This document shows positions 1 to 9,697 of a stretch of 51,230 nucleotides of DNA, piece after piece (within the stretch, counting starts at the first letter, position 1; each line of letters starts with the position of its first letter). Source of the DNA: an uncultured Candidatus Saccharibacteria bacterium (GTDB lineage Bacteria; Patescibacteriota; Minisyncoccia; Sungbacterales; HO2-52-23); assembly GCA_964501445.1 (NCBI GenBank), contig CAZCSJ010000003.1, positions 1 through 51,230 of the forward strand, written 5' to 3'. The translations under genes were made by a program, and so were the position numbers. The notes below the pieces were generated by a model, which made no database searches, was not told the DNA's origin, and saw nothing but the letters and a program-made list of their open reading frames with translations.

Positions 1-2580
1 ATGAAAGAACCTTTCTGGTCGCTCTCGGTTGTAGAAACCATGCGCGCGCTTGAGACCTCTGTGGGGGGGCTTGGGGACGGAGAGGTGAGTGCGCGCCAGA
101 AGCGTTTCGGCGCAAATACCATTCGCGAGCGCGTGCGCTCCAGCCGCGTGTCGCTTTTTTTGCGTCAGTTTGCAAATCCCTTGATACTGATGTTGATTGC
201 CGCATGGGTCGTTACGGTATTTTTGGGTGAGTGGACAGAGGCGGGTGTGATAGCGGCCGCAGTGCTTTTGAATGCTGCCCTTGGATTTTATCAGGAATAT
301 CGGGCGGAGTACGCGCTCGCGGCGTTGCGGAGTTACGTGCGTGTGCGCGCGCGCGTGCGAAGAAGCGGAGCCGAGCGCGAGAGTGATGCGTCTGAACTTG
401 TACCCGGCGACATTATCCGCGTTTCGCAAGGGGACCGGGTGCCGGCCGATGTGCGGCTCTTTTTTGTAAATACCCTTGAGGCGGATGAGTCCGTGCTCAC
501 CGGTGAGTCGCTTCCCGTAGAAAAGAGTACTGATGTGCTGCCCGCGCATACCGCACTTGGGGATCGTACAAACATGCTTTTTTCAGGGACGCTCGTCGTG
601 GGGGGAGTTGGAGACGGGGTGGTGACGGCAATAGGCAGCCATACGGAATTCGGAAAGATCGCGCACGCGGTTGCGGCAAAAGAAAAAGAGACAACGCCGC
701 TCCAACGCGCGGTGGCGCGGTTTGCCGCAGGCGCGGGGATCGTGTTTTTGCTCCTTGTGTTGCTGCTTTTTTACGCAGGAATTGCCTCTGGATACGGTCT
801 TTTTGATATGTTTTTGATTGCGGTTGCGGTTGCGGTATCCGCGGTGCCCGAGGGACTTCCCGTGGCGCTCACGGTCATTATGGCAATAGGTGTGGAGCGG
901 ATGGCGCGCCGCAAGGGCGTGGTGCGCCGTCTCCTTGCAGCAGAAACATTAGGGTCCACGAGCATCATCTTGACGGATAAAACCGGCACGCTCACGCAGG
1001 CGCGGCTGGAGCTCCAAACAGTGCGTGCATTCCCGAATGACGACCGCGAGTCGCGCCGTCTCGTGCTTCAAGACGGCGCGGCAAATACCGATGTGGTGAT
1101 TGAAAATCCGGACGCACCGAGAGACGAGTGGCGTGTTTCGGGCCGCGCGATTGATAGGGCGGTGTATCGCGCAGCGCTTCGTGAGGGAGTGTTTCTTGGG
1201 ACGGGTGGCCGTGCGCACGCCAAAGATTTTCTTCCCTTTACCTCTGACGCAAAACTCTCCGCCGTGCTCTACCGAGACGGAAATAGCGTGCGTCTTTCGC
1301 TTCTTGGCGCACCTGAGCGGGTGCTCGCGCATTCTTCTCTCTCATCGGACGGGCGCGCATCCGTGCTTGCGGAAGTCGCCGCGTACGCATCGCGCGGCGA
1401 GCGCGTGCTTGCGGTGGCAGGGCGCACACTTGGCGCGTCAGAGCAGGTTTTGCTTTCAAAGAGACAGTTTGGCTCGCTTGCGTTTGAAGGTCTCTTATCG
1501 TTCCATGACCCGCTTCGGCCCGGCGTGAGGGAAACGATTCGTCACATCGAGAACGCGGGCATCAGGACCGTGATCGTGACCGGAGACCATCAGAACACCG
1601 CAGAAGCGGTTGCGCGGGATGTGGGGCTTATGGACGGTGCGGGTGCGGTGTTGACGAGCGACGACCTCGCGTATCTCACACCCGAGGAACTTTACGCGCG
1701 CGCGGGCGATGTATCCGTATATGCCCGCGTGACTCCGCAGGACAAATTAGCGCTCGTGGAGTTATATCGCGCGCGGGGTGAAGTGGTTGCGGTTACCGGG
1801 GACGGGGTGAACGATGCGCCAGCACTTCATGCCGCGGACATCGGCGTTGCGATGGGCTCGGGCACCGATGTTGCCAAGAGCGCAGCGGATCTCGTGATTC
1901 TTGATGATGATTTCAAAACAATAGTTGCGGCAATTGAGGAGGGACGCAGGGTCCTTGATAATATTCGCAAAGTTATTGTGTATCTCCTTTCCGACGCCCT
2001 TGATGAACTGCTCCTTATTGGCGGGGCACTCCTCATGGGACTCGCGTTGCCGCTAAACGCGCTCCAGATTCTTTTTGTGAATTTCTTCTCCGACAGTTTC
2101 CCTGCAATCGCACTCGCCTTTGAGAAGGGCGTAGACGGCCTCGGGTCAACACCAAAGAAGCTCCACCCCGCTTTGTTTGATCGCCAGATGCGATTTTTAA
2201 TTTTAGTCATCGGCGTTGCGACGTCCGCCTCCCTCTTTCTCCTCTATTTCTTGCTGCTCTCTTCCGGATTCTCACAGGAGCTCGTGCAGACCTTCATTTT
2301 TGCGACATTCGCCACCTACTCGCTCCTGCTCGCATTCTCCGTGCGGAGTTTGGAGAAAAGTATTTTTGCCTATAATCCCTTTGCGAATATTTACCTCACT
2401 CTTGGCGTGGCGATCGGGGTCGCACTCACTCTGCTTGTGGTGTATGTGCCTGTCCTGCAGATGATTTTCCGTACCGTCCCGCTTCCGCCGTTTTGGCTCG
2501 GTGGCGTAGTCGCCATGGGGCTTTTCAACATTGCAGCCGTGGAGTTCGGCAAATGGCTTTTCCGGAAAAATATTTTGTAG
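1..2580 (+). CDS. Cation-transporting P-type ATPase (P2, Ca2+/Mg2+-type)
   Basis: 859-aa ORF with phosphorylation motif DKTGTLT and hinge motif TGDGVNDAPAL. It also has a cation-ATPase N-terminal-like segment and multiple hydrophobic TM stretches at both ends. Confidence 0.9.
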   Translation: MKEPFWSLSVVETMRALETSVGGLGDGEVSARQKRFGANTIRERVRSSRVSLFLRQFANPLILMLIAAWVVTVFLGEWTEAGVIAAAVLLNAALGFYQEYRAEYALAALRSYVRVRARVRRSGAERESDASELVPGDIIRVSQGDRVPADVRLFFVNTLEADESVLTGESLPVEKSTDVLPAHTALGDRTNMLFSGTLVVGGVGDGVVTAIGSHTEFGKIAHAVAAKEKETTPLQRAVARFAAGAGIVFLLLVLLLFYAGIASGYGLFDMFLIAVAVAVSAVPEGLPVALTVIMAIGVERMARRKGVVRRLLAAETLGSTSIILTDKTGTLTQARLELQTVRAFPNDDRESRRLVLQDGAANTDVVIENPDAPRDEWRVSGRAIDRAVYRAALREGVFLGTGGRAHAKDFLPFTSDAKLSAVLYRDGNSVRLSLLGAPERVLAHSSLSSDGRASVLAEVAAYASRGERVLAVAGRTLGASEQVLLSKRQFGSLAFEGLLSFHDPLRPGVRETIRHIENAGIRTVIVTGDHQNTAEAVARDVGLMDGAGAVLTSDDLAYLTPEELYARAGDVSVYARVTPQDKLALVELYRARGEVVAVTGDGVNDAPALHAADIGVAMGSGTDVAKSAADLVILDDDFKTIVAAIEEGRRVLDNIRKVIVYLLSDALDELLLIGGALLMGLALPLNALQILFVNFFSDSFPAIALAFEKGVDGLGSTPKKLHPALFDRQMRFLILVIGVATSASLFLLYFLLLSSGFSQELVQTFIFATFATYSLLLAFSVRSLEKSIFAYNPFANIYLTLGVAIGVALTLLVVYVPVLQMIFRTVPLPPFWLGGVVAMGLFNIAAVEFGKWLFRKNIL

Positions 2581-2603
2581 TAGCATAGAGGGGCAAAATG
2601 ACT

Positions 2604-2639
2604 TGCAGAAATTTATTACGATAGGAGAAAAATTCTGCA
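2604..2639. repeat. 36-bp palindromic-end repeat, copy 1 (TGCAGAAATTT-N14-AAAATTCTGCA)
   Basis: tgcagaaatttattacgataggagaaaaattctgca, immediately upstream of the PaaX-like gene. Closely related to the copies at 3220 and 12933. Confidence 0.8.
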
Positions 2640-2642
2640 TCT

Positions 2643-3206
2643 ATGGCGTTTTCCATCCCACCCCAAACCGTCAAAACTTTGACGAAAGCCACACTCCTGA
2701 TTATCGGGGGTGGTTTGCTGCTCACCGCCGCACTGGTAGCGCCGAATGCCATTCAGGCGCTGCACCCGTTCTTACATAAAAGAAAACGTCCAAAAGAGAG
2801 AATACGCCAGGCGCTTCATGGACTGCACAGAAGGAATCTTATCGCGTATACAGAGCGCGACAACAAAGAGTATGTGCATCTCACCCGCGAGGGAAAACAG
2901 CTCTTTCGGCAATGCCAGATGGAGGGGTTTCAACTCCCTAAACGGCTATGGGACGGAAAGTGGCGTCTCGTATTTTTCGATATCCCCGAATCAAAGGGGA
3001 ATGCGCGTCGCGCATTCCGCACGCGGTTGCAAACAATTGGGTGTTATCCGCTCCAGAAAAGTATTTTGGTCTACCCCCACGAGTGTCGTGATGAAATTCA
3101 TTTTGTTTCCTCTTTCTTCAGTGTCAAACCGTTTGTCTATTATGTAGAAACAGAGAATCTTGGTCGCGCAGAGGCGCGTGCACGTAAGTTTTTCAACCTA
3201 TCGTGA
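2643..3206 (+). CDS. PaaX-like transcriptional regulator with N-terminal TM helix
   Basis: 187-aa ORF. The hydrophobic N-terminus (LLIIGGGLLLTAALV) is followed by a wHTH-like segment. The PaaX-family signature is WDGKWRLVFFDIPESKGNARRAFRTRLQTIGCYPLQKSILVYP. Confidence 0.65.
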   Translation: MAFSIPPQTVKTLTKATLLIIGGGLLLTAALVAPNAIQALHPFLHKRKRPKERIRQALHGLHRRNLIAYTERDNKEYVHLTREGKQLFRQCQMEGFQLPKRLWDGKWRLVFFDIPESKGNARRAFRTRLQTIGCYPLQKSILVYPHECRDEIHFVSSFFSVKPFVYYVETENLGRAEARARKFFNLS

Positions 3207-3219
3207 TAATATAATCTGA

Positions 3220-3255
3220 TGCAGAAATTTCTACCTATCGTATAAAAATTCTGCA
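3220..3255. repeat. 36-bp palindromic-end repeat, copy 2
   Basis: tgcagaaatttctacctatcgtataaaaattctgca, 14 nt downstream of the PaaX-like stop. It is the exact reverse complement of the copy at 12933-12968. Confidence 0.85.
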
Positions 3256-3313
3256 CTGGAGTCCGCGGTTTCTTGAGGTTTCTTTCGGGGGTGATACCCG
3301 CTATACTTAACTC

Positions 3314-4576
3314 ATGCGTATCGTTGCTGATCTCCATATCCACTCGCCCTATTCCCGCGCCGTGTCAAAAGATATGACGCTTGAAAATTTGGATACGTGG
3401 GCGCGCCTCAAGGGAATTACGGTTATGGGCACGGGCGATTTCACGCATCCCGCGTGGATAAAAGAAATCAAATCAAAGTTGGAACCCGCGGAGCAGGGGC
3501 TTTATAGAATCAAGAAGCAAGTAGTAAGTAGTAAGGACGACGCGACGAGATTTTTACTCACGGTAGAGATTTCAAGTATCTATTCCAAAGGCGGGAAAAC
3601 GCGGCGGGTGCACAATCTCTTTTTCTTTCCGTCCATTGAGTCGGCAGAGAAGTTTAATGGTCAGCTTGCATGGCAAGGGAATTTGAAGTCCGACGGACGG
3701 CCCATTCTCGGTATTGACTCAAAACAGCTTGCCAAAATCGCGCTTGATGTTGATGCGCGCGCGATGGTGATTCCGGCGCACGCGTGGACCCCATGGTTTT
3801 CGGTATTTGGCTCCATGTCCGGCTTTGATTCGCTTGAGGAGTGTTTTGACGAATATGCGAAATATATTTATGCAATTGAAACCGGACTTTCCAGTGATCC
3901 TGCGATGAACTGGCGGCTCTCAAAACTGGATAACATCGGCATCATCTCAAACTCCGATTCCCACTCGCTCCAAAAAATCGGCAGAGAAGCAAATGTGTTT
4001 GATACGGACCTTTCATACAACGGGATTATGGACGCAATAAAATCGCATGACCCCAAGCAATTTCTTTTCACCATTGAGTTTTACCCGGAAGAAGGGAAAT
4101 ATCATTATGACGGCCATCGGAATTGCAATTTTTCCTGCGGCCCCGAGGAGACAAAGCGCCTCAAGAAAATTTGTCCGAAGTGCGGAAAACCAATGACGGT
4201 CGGCGTGATGTTTCGCGTGGATGAGCTCGCAGACCGTCCCGTGGGCGCGAAGTCGCCACATGCGATTCCGTTTAAGAGTTTGGTGCCGCTTAATGAAATC
4301 ATCGCGGAGAGTTTTGGCGTCGGCACCGCATCAAAAAAAGTAAAAGAGGAGTATATGCGCATTGTTGAAAAGCTCGGAAGCGAGTTCGCGACGCTCGTGG
4401 ATGCCTCAAAATCCGATTTGGAGCGCGCGACCGTGCCAGAGGTGGTGGAGGGAATTATGCGCGTGCGCGAAGGTCGACTCCACATAGAACCCGGATTTGA
4501 CGGCGAATACGGCAAAGTAAAAATTTTTGAAGATGACGAGCGGCGCGAGATTACAAAACAAGTGAGTTTATTTTGA
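3314..4576 (+). CDS. Endonuclease Q (EndoQ)-like PHP-domain protein
   Basis: 420-aa ORF. The N-terminus MRIVADLHIHSPYSRAVSKDMT...GTGDFTHP is a PHP metal-binding motif as in archaeal/Bacillus EndoQ. A C-terminal Zn-ribbon is present (CPKCGKPMTVGVMFRVDEL). The length matches EndoQ. Confidence 0.7.
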   Translation: MRIVADLHIHSPYSRAVSKDMTLENLDTWARLKGITVMGTGDFTHPAWIKEIKSKLEPAEQGLYRIKKQVVSSKDDATRFLLTVEISSIYSKGGKTRRVHNLFFFPSIESAEKFNGQLAWQGNLKSDGRPILGIDSKQLAKIALDVDARAMVIPAHAWTPWFSVFGSMSGFDSLEECFDEYAKYIYAIETGLSSDPAMNWRLSKLDNIGIISNSDSHSLQKIGREANVFDTDLSYNGIMDAIKSHDPKQFLFTIEFYPEEGKYHYDGHRNCNFSCGPEETKRLKKICPKCGKPMTVGVMFRVDELADRPVGAKSPHAIPFKSLVPLNEIIAESFGVGTASKKVKEEYMRIVEKLGSEFATLVDASKSDLERATVPEVVEGIMRVREGRLHIEPGFDGEYGKVKIFEDDERREITKQVSLF

Positions 4577-4597
4577 TAATAGATAACTCATAAGGAT

Positions 4598-5809
4598 ATG
4601 CGCGAACACTTTCCTCAACCGGAAGAAATTCCGGAAGAGAATAAAACCACTCCCAGGAAAACCGTAAAGGAAAAAGCACTGGAAGGTATTAAAAGAACGA
4701 TACTCGTCGGCATGTTGGCATTTACCGAGTGCGGCGCTGATATTGAAAAGCCTTCGTCGTCCGTTACGGTTACGGTAGAACAGGAACCTATTGTTGACTC
4801 GCCGGAAGCCTTCATGTATCGGGAGGATGTAAGAGTTTATCCGCCGCGTATGGAAGTGGAAGCGTCAGAGAATTATAAGAAGGTTATCCGGATGATAGAC
4901 GGCTTTTCAAAAGAAGATTTGCGTACGGTCTCGCTCTCACCCTCCGATGTCGCTCAAGTAAAAAAAATTATCCATCATGCGTTTGTGCAGGACAAAAAGA
5001 CAGGCGAGAGTATGATGGTATTTAACCCCAACCTTCTCCTTGGGGGTCTCCATGTGTATTTTGCCTACGATGACGCCGTCTGGTCTCTTAAGAAGGAGGC
5101 GGGAAAGGACCGTTTTGTCTTATCCAAAGAGCAGGCGGCCGCGGCGATACAAGAGGGCCTGCGCCGTTTTACCATGCTCACATCCGTAGAAACCACAATG
5201 GAATCCCGCAAAGAAAAGGCAAATATGATTTGCCGCCCTTTCCTCATACGGGAGTTCACCTTTGAGGGTGTTACAAAAAGGAGCGCGGGGGGTGTATATC
5301 TCCGCCATCAAAAGAGGTATAACGGTTCTTTAGGAAACTACATCCGTGTAGACGCCGGCAAGTTGCCGAAGATGAATGTGGGTCTTAATCCCGTAGAGTT
5401 CAAGCTCTCGTTACCGCCAAAATTGGCGTATCGCGTGAATAGCAAATCTCTCTCTGCTGTTGTGCAACACGAGCTCGTGCATCTGTTTTCGTTCCTCCCG
5501 CATTTCCCCAAAACCCAACCCGATATAATGTATGCGGCATTTAATATCTCATTGCGTCTTCCTCCTCCGTCCGGGATACCCGGGCGACCCCCCCAATCCA
5601 TTTCGCCGTTTACAGAAAACATCAACGACCTCAAAGTACTGCGGTCCGTAGATGAAAAAACCGTACAGGTCGTTTTCAATGGCAAACCGATAGACAAAAT
5701 AGAGGGGGACTCCGATAGTTTTAAATTTATAGGGCTCCAAAAGCTCATGGCGCAAAAAGCATACGGCGGTTTAAGTTACAGTACCGTTGCGGGTCAGGGG
5801 GGGGTATAG
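4598..5809 (+). CDS. Hypothetical protein with HExxH motif (putative metallopeptidase)
   Basis: 403-aa ORF in an operon-like position. It has a hydrophobic segment near the N-terminus (ILVGMLAFTECG) and a single HELVH motif (VVQHELVHLF). No other family was recognised. Confidence 0.55.
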   Translation: MREHFPQPEEIPEENKTTPRKTVKEKALEGIKRTILVGMLAFTECGADIEKPSSSVTVTVEQEPIVDSPEAFMYREDVRVYPPRMEVEASENYKKVIRMIDGFSKEDLRTVSLSPSDVAQVKKIIHHAFVQDKKTGESMMVFNPNLLLGGLHVYFAYDDAVWSLKKEAGKDRFVLSKEQAAAAIQEGLRRFTMLTSVETTMESRKEKANMICRPFLIREFTFEGVTKRSAGGVYLRHQKRYNGSLGNYIRVDAGKLPKMNVGLNPVEFKLSLPPKLAYRVNSKSLSAVVQHELVHLFSFLPHFPKTQPDIMYAAFNISLRLPPPSGIPGRPPQSISPFTENINDLKVLRSVDEKTVQVVFNGKPIDKIEGDSDSFKFIGLQKLMAQKAYGGLSYSTVAGQGGV

Positions 5810-5877
5810 CGTATGGTGTGAGACACGGCCTCTCTTTACGCGCGGGGAGAATTGCGGATGAGTTTGTGCGGCATATG

Positions 5878-5886
5878 TGGTATACT
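5878..5886 (+). promoter_or_regulatory. Candidate extended -10 promoter (TGgTATACT)
   Basis: TGGTATACT lies 27 nt upstream of the ATG at 5913. The same TGGTATA motif recurs upstream of four other gene starts in the window. Confidence 0.4.
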
Positions 5887-5912
5887 AAAAGGTATTATTA
5901 CTAACTCTTTTT

Positions 5913-6233
5913 ATGACCGACCAAGAACTTCTTAAAACAAATATTATTACTTCTCTAGGGCTGCAGGCGGCATCGGATGACAATAAAGTAGCGCTTATAA
6001 GCGAGATGGCCGCACTCGTGGAAAAGCGTTTGATCGCGCGCATCCTCGAGACGCTTAGCGAGAAAGACCGGAAAAAACTCGACTCGCTCCTTGGAGAAAA
6101 GGGCAATGAAAGTGACGAAGTGGGTGAGTTTTTAAAGAGCAAGATTCCCAATATTGATACGCTATTTCAAGAAGAAGTAGTGGCGGTAAAGCGCGAGATG
6201 ATGCAGGAGCAGGAAGCATTTTTAAATGCGTAA
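5913..6233 (+). CDS. Small hypothetical helical protein
   Basis: 106-aa ORF that is acidic and coiled-coil-like. It is tightly followed (8 nt) by the next ORF. Confidence 0.6.
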   Translation: MTDQELLKTNIITSLGLQAASDDNKVALISEMAALVEKRLIARILETLSEKDRKKLDSLLGEKGNESDEVGEFLKSKIPNIDTLFQEEVVAVKREMMQEQEAFLNA

Positions 6234-6241
6234 CCTAAGAT

Positions 6242-9200
6242 ATGCCACAACCTTTTGAGGAAGCTGCGCCGGAGCCAAAGAAACAAGAGGAGCCGGAGAT
6301 AGTTGAGACAAAACCAACGGAAGAGGCTACCAAAGAAGCAGCTATCCCTGTGTCCGATGAGCTGCCGAAACAAAAGGAAAGAACGGACACGGAAAAAATT
6401 AAAAATAACATGCGCGAGCGCACTCGGAAGGCGCTTGCTGAGGTTGACGCTACGGCTCCGAATGCCGGAGAAGAGAAAGGGAAAATCCTCAAGGATCATT
6501 ATCGGAAGTATCTGAAACTTGAATCAAAGGAAAGCGGATCCCGATTCGAGGAATCTTTTTGGAATAGCGAGCGGAGCAAGGGCCTCGCGCGATTTTTTGA
6601 TAAAATGGCAGGCTGGGGCGTTGCGCGGCTGTGGATGGATACGAAAGACGGAACCGGAGAAAAACTTCCCGCTGAAGAAGTAAAAAAAAGAATAGATGAC
6701 TGGGCGGCACAGGAGAAAAAGCTTGTCGGAGGAATGGCCCTCGGATGGCGCAAAGTGGCGGCAGCATTGAATTTGCGTACCCTGACCGCATCGGCATTGA
6801 TTGGCGGCGGCGGTGTTGCGCTTGCCACAGGCGGAGGAATGACTGCGCTTGGGGCTCTTACGCTCGGGCGTGTATTTACGGGTACGGGAGCTGCGGTGCA
6901 ATCCGAGAAATTGATGCGGGAAAGGCTCTTTGGAAAAAATGACCTTTGGAAAAAAGATGCGCTGTCCCCGGAGGAACTCGAAAAAATAGAAAAAATGGAG
7001 GACCTTGATGCGCTTGAAAATGAAATTTTACGCACGTATTTTTCAATGAAGATGGCGGGCGTGCCCGTGCCAGTTCACGATGGAGATGTAAAATTTGAAG
7101 GAGAAATTATTCAGGGAAATCCCTATGTCTCTGCGCTTCGACAGCGTGCGGAAAAACTCTACGGCAGAAAAGCAGTTGAAGATCAGCTTAAGGCATTAGA
7201 GGAATGGGAACGGGCTATTGATAAAAAATCCGCAGCAATCGTAAAAAAACAAAAGTTGAAGAATGTTGCGTCAATGATTGGGGGTACTGCTGTCGGAGGT
7301 GTTGTAGGAGCAGGTATTGTGCATGCGATACAAAAAGCAGGTTCATTAGTGGAGGCGGGAGCCGGGCGCCTATTTGGATGGAAAATGCCGTGGCATGCAT
7401 TTACGGAAATTGCAGAGAACAAGGAGCTGATTGCCGCATACCAGGAAAAAATAGGAATGTATCAAGATAAACCCCTTCAGGCTTCTCGGTTGGAAAATGC
7501 TCTGAAGCGTGCATCCCACGCCGTTCCGAGTGATGCGGGACCCGCAGCAGGAAGTACGCAAGTTGCGCCTAAAGCGGGGGCATCCGCGCAATTGAGTCCT
7601 GGCGCGATTACATCGGCCGGAGAGGCACCCGATGTTCAAGCGGGAAATAGATACGCAAGTGAATTACTTGAAAAAGATGGCATCGGAACTCCTGAAAATG
7701 AATTACGTTTGGAAAAAATCACGAACGCAGTCGGGCAGACCGCGGAGGCCTACGAACAGTATGTGAAAGACTATTCGGGAAAACTTTTAGACATTCGTCA
7801 GGAAATGGCGGACGGAAAATTTTCCCAAGAGCGTCTGGACCATCTCCGCAAAATAATGTCGTGGCGCCACGGGCCGGAGGGCGAGACCGCGCTTGCGAAA
7901 GCCGCGCGGGAATTGTACGAGCAGGCACAACAGCAATTTAATATAAAAGAAATACCACTCACGAAAGATAATCATAATTTCCTTAAAGCGATTACCGAAC
8001 AGGTAGGAGGAGACCAAGTAAAAGCGCGGGGACTTATGCGGAGTTATCTCTCTGACCACGGATTTACCGGAGTGTCGGATTCTGACCTCGCAGGGCTCGG
8101 AAATGCGGACGACAAGGTGATAGTATTTACCGACGCAAACGGCGCGCCGCATATTTCTCTCAGTACCGATTCGGGGCATTTCTTAGGGTATCATGAGGGC
8201 GGTACGGAGTTTTTGAAAAACAATCCGCAACTCAACGCGTTTTTTGACGCATTCAAAAATAACACACCGGACAAATTTATTACACTTCTGCAAGATGCAA
8301 AAGACCCGAAGGAGATGCAGAAACTCTTTGAGTCCTATTTTCAGCAGAAGCGGATGGGGCTGATGACGGATAACATAAAAGAGGTGCTTGGGAAATGGAT
8401 TGTTGAATTGCAATCTAAAGACCCAAAGCGCGTAGGACCCGCCAAGATATTTTTTGAAGCGATCTGGCGGCGGCATCATTGGGAATTGGGGCAGGAAGGA
8501 CTTTTGGAGAAAACGATCGCACACGCGAAGAAAGTGGTGAAGGAAGCCGTGGGAACGGGTACTGCGGGACCTGCGGCAGCGGAGCACGTGGCACGGGAGG
8601 TAGGGCGGGCGGCAAAAAGAGCGGTTCCGGGTGCGAGGTATCCGTCAGGAGGCGCAGGTGTTTCGCCCGTTGACACATTGGAGCAGGCCGCCCCGGGGGG
8701 CATACAGATTGAGTCGCAAAAGGGGGCGCTTGACGGGGAGTTCACAAATATCCTTAGAAATGCAAAATACGGAACCCACCAAGGCGCCGTGGACGCATTT
8801 CATAATGCGGTGAAGGCAGTAGAAAGGGTAGCGCCCCATCTGCCACCCAAAAATCAACAAGAGATGCTGGACCAGTTTATACAGCAATGGAACAGCGGAA
8901 ATGAGGGCCACCGTATTACCCCAGAACTCGTTGAGAAATATTATCCGTGGATCGCGCACCCGGATGATTATGTAAAGATAAACGGGAAATGGCAGCCTAT
9001 CACTCGTATTGACGATGCCCTGCCTGGTTCACAAGATGTTCCGCCTCCTCCGGGGCAACAACCCGCGCCGCAGCCATCCGCTCCCGCAACGCCGCCTCCT
9101 GCCGGAGTGCCGCCTGTCCAGAATGTACCTCCGTCACCTGCCCCACCAAGCATGGAGTCAGTTACAGATAATATACCGTCGGGTGGACGACCACCAACGA

Positions 9201-9406
9201 TCGATGATCTACGTAACACACCACAGAGTCAGGAGCGAGTGTTACAGGATTATCAGAGGCATTTCAAAGTAAATCAAGATCAGGTAGAGCGGGTACGTAG
9301 TGATTTGAAGAAGAACATAGATCAAATGCAATCCCAATCTGAAGGAATCCGTAAAAGAGCGAATGAAAAACTTCAAGCGATACTTGATAAGATTTATAAA
9401 AAGTAA
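6242..9406 (+). CDS. Large hypothetical membrane-associated protein (Gly-rich TM segments, Pro-rich tract, C-terminal coiled coil)
   Basis: 1054-aa uninterrupted ORF with an acidic N-terminus. It has two Gly/Ala-rich hydrophobic segments (LIGGGGVALATGGGMTALGALTLG; MIGGTAVGGVVGAGIV). A proline-rich tract is present (PPPPGQQPAPQPSAPATPPPAGVPPVQNVPPSPAPP). Confidence 0.7.
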   Translation: MPQPFEEAAPEPKKQEEPEIVETKPTEEATKEAAIPVSDELPKQKERTDTEKIKNNMRERTRKALAEVDATAPNAGEEKGKILKDHYRKYLKLESKESGSRFEESFWNSERSKGLARFFDKMAGWGVARLWMDTKDGTGEKLPAEEVKKRIDDWAAQEKKLVGGMALGWRKVAAALNLRTLTASALIGGGGVALATGGGMTALGALTLGRVFTGTGAAVQSEKLMRERLFGKNDLWKKDALSPEELEKIEKMEDLDALENEILRTYFSMKMAGVPVPVHDGDVKFEGEIIQGNPYVSALRQRAEKLYGRKAVEDQLKALEEWERAIDKKSAAIVKKQKLKNVASMIGGTAVGGVVGAGIVHAIQKAGSLVEAGAGRLFGWKMPWHAFTEIAENKELIAAYQEKIGMYQDKPLQASRLENALKRASHAVPSDAGPAAGSTQVAPKAGASAQLSPGAITSAGEAPDVQAGNRYASELLEKDGIGTPENELRLEKITNAVGQTAEAYEQYVKDYSGKLLDIRQEMADGKFSQERLDHLRKIMSWRHGPEGETALAKAARELYEQAQQQFNIKEIPLTKDNHNFLKAITEQVGGDQVKARGLMRSYLSDHGFTGVSDSDLAGLGNADDKVIVFTDANGAPHISLSTDSGHFLGYHEGGTEFLKNNPQLNAFFDAFKNNTPDKFITLLQDAKDPKEMQKLFESYFQQKRMGLMTDNIKEVLGKWIVELQSKDPKRVGPAKIFFEAIWRRHHWELGQEGLLEKTIAHAKKVVKEAVGTGTAGPAAAEHVAREVGRAAKRAVPGARYPSGGAGVSPVDTLEQAAPGGIQIESQKGALDGEFTNILRNAKYGTHQGAVDAFHNAVKAVERVAPHLPPKNQQEMLDQFIQQWNSGNEGHRITPELVEKYYPWIAHPDDYVKINGKWQPITRIDDALPGSQDVPPPPGQQPAPQPSAPATPPPAGVPPVQNVPPSPAPPSMESVTDNIPSGGRPPTIDDLRNTPQSQERVLQDYQRHFKVNQDQVERVRSDLKKNIDQMQSQSEGIRKRANEKLQAILDKIYKK

Positions 9407-9409
9407 TAT

Positions 9410-9577
9410 ATGGGCATCTTCAGAGATTTTTTCAATTTTCTTGATTCGTGGGGTGGGGAGGCCGAATCCCGCGCCTCGTCGCACGACGAGTATATCGCCT
9501 CCTCTCACATCTGGTTGGGGCCGAGCGTGTTTGAGCCCGCTCCTCCGGAGGGAATCGCATGGAAAGAGGACGAGTAA
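9410..9577 (+). CDS. Possible small ORF (55 aa), hypothetical
   Basis: ATG lies 4 nt after the previous stop. The product MGIFRDFFNFLDSWGGEAESRASSHDEYIASSHIWLGPSVFEPAPPEGIAWKEDE is below the ORF-track cutoff. Support comes only from position and composition. Confidence 0.3.
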   Translation: MGIFRDFFNFLDSWGGEAESRASSHDEYIASSHIWLGPSVFEPAPPEGIAWKEDE

Positions 9578-9590
9578 TCTAAATGTACGA

Positions 9591-9695
9591 ATCCCGTTAG
9601 AAGTCTTGGGAATATACTTAATCATTCTTATCTCATAGATTATGACTATGGAAGTAATAACGTGTAGAGATACACCCCCACACTTCTAACGGGAT
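9591..9695. mobile_element. ~101-bp TIR element (MITE-like), copy 1
   Basis: 14-bp terminal inverted repeats ATCCCGTTAGAAGT / ACTTCTAACGGGAT. The AT-rich interior shares cttggga and tagattatgactatg blocks with the copy at 41445. Confidence 0.6.
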
Positions 9696-9697
9696 GA

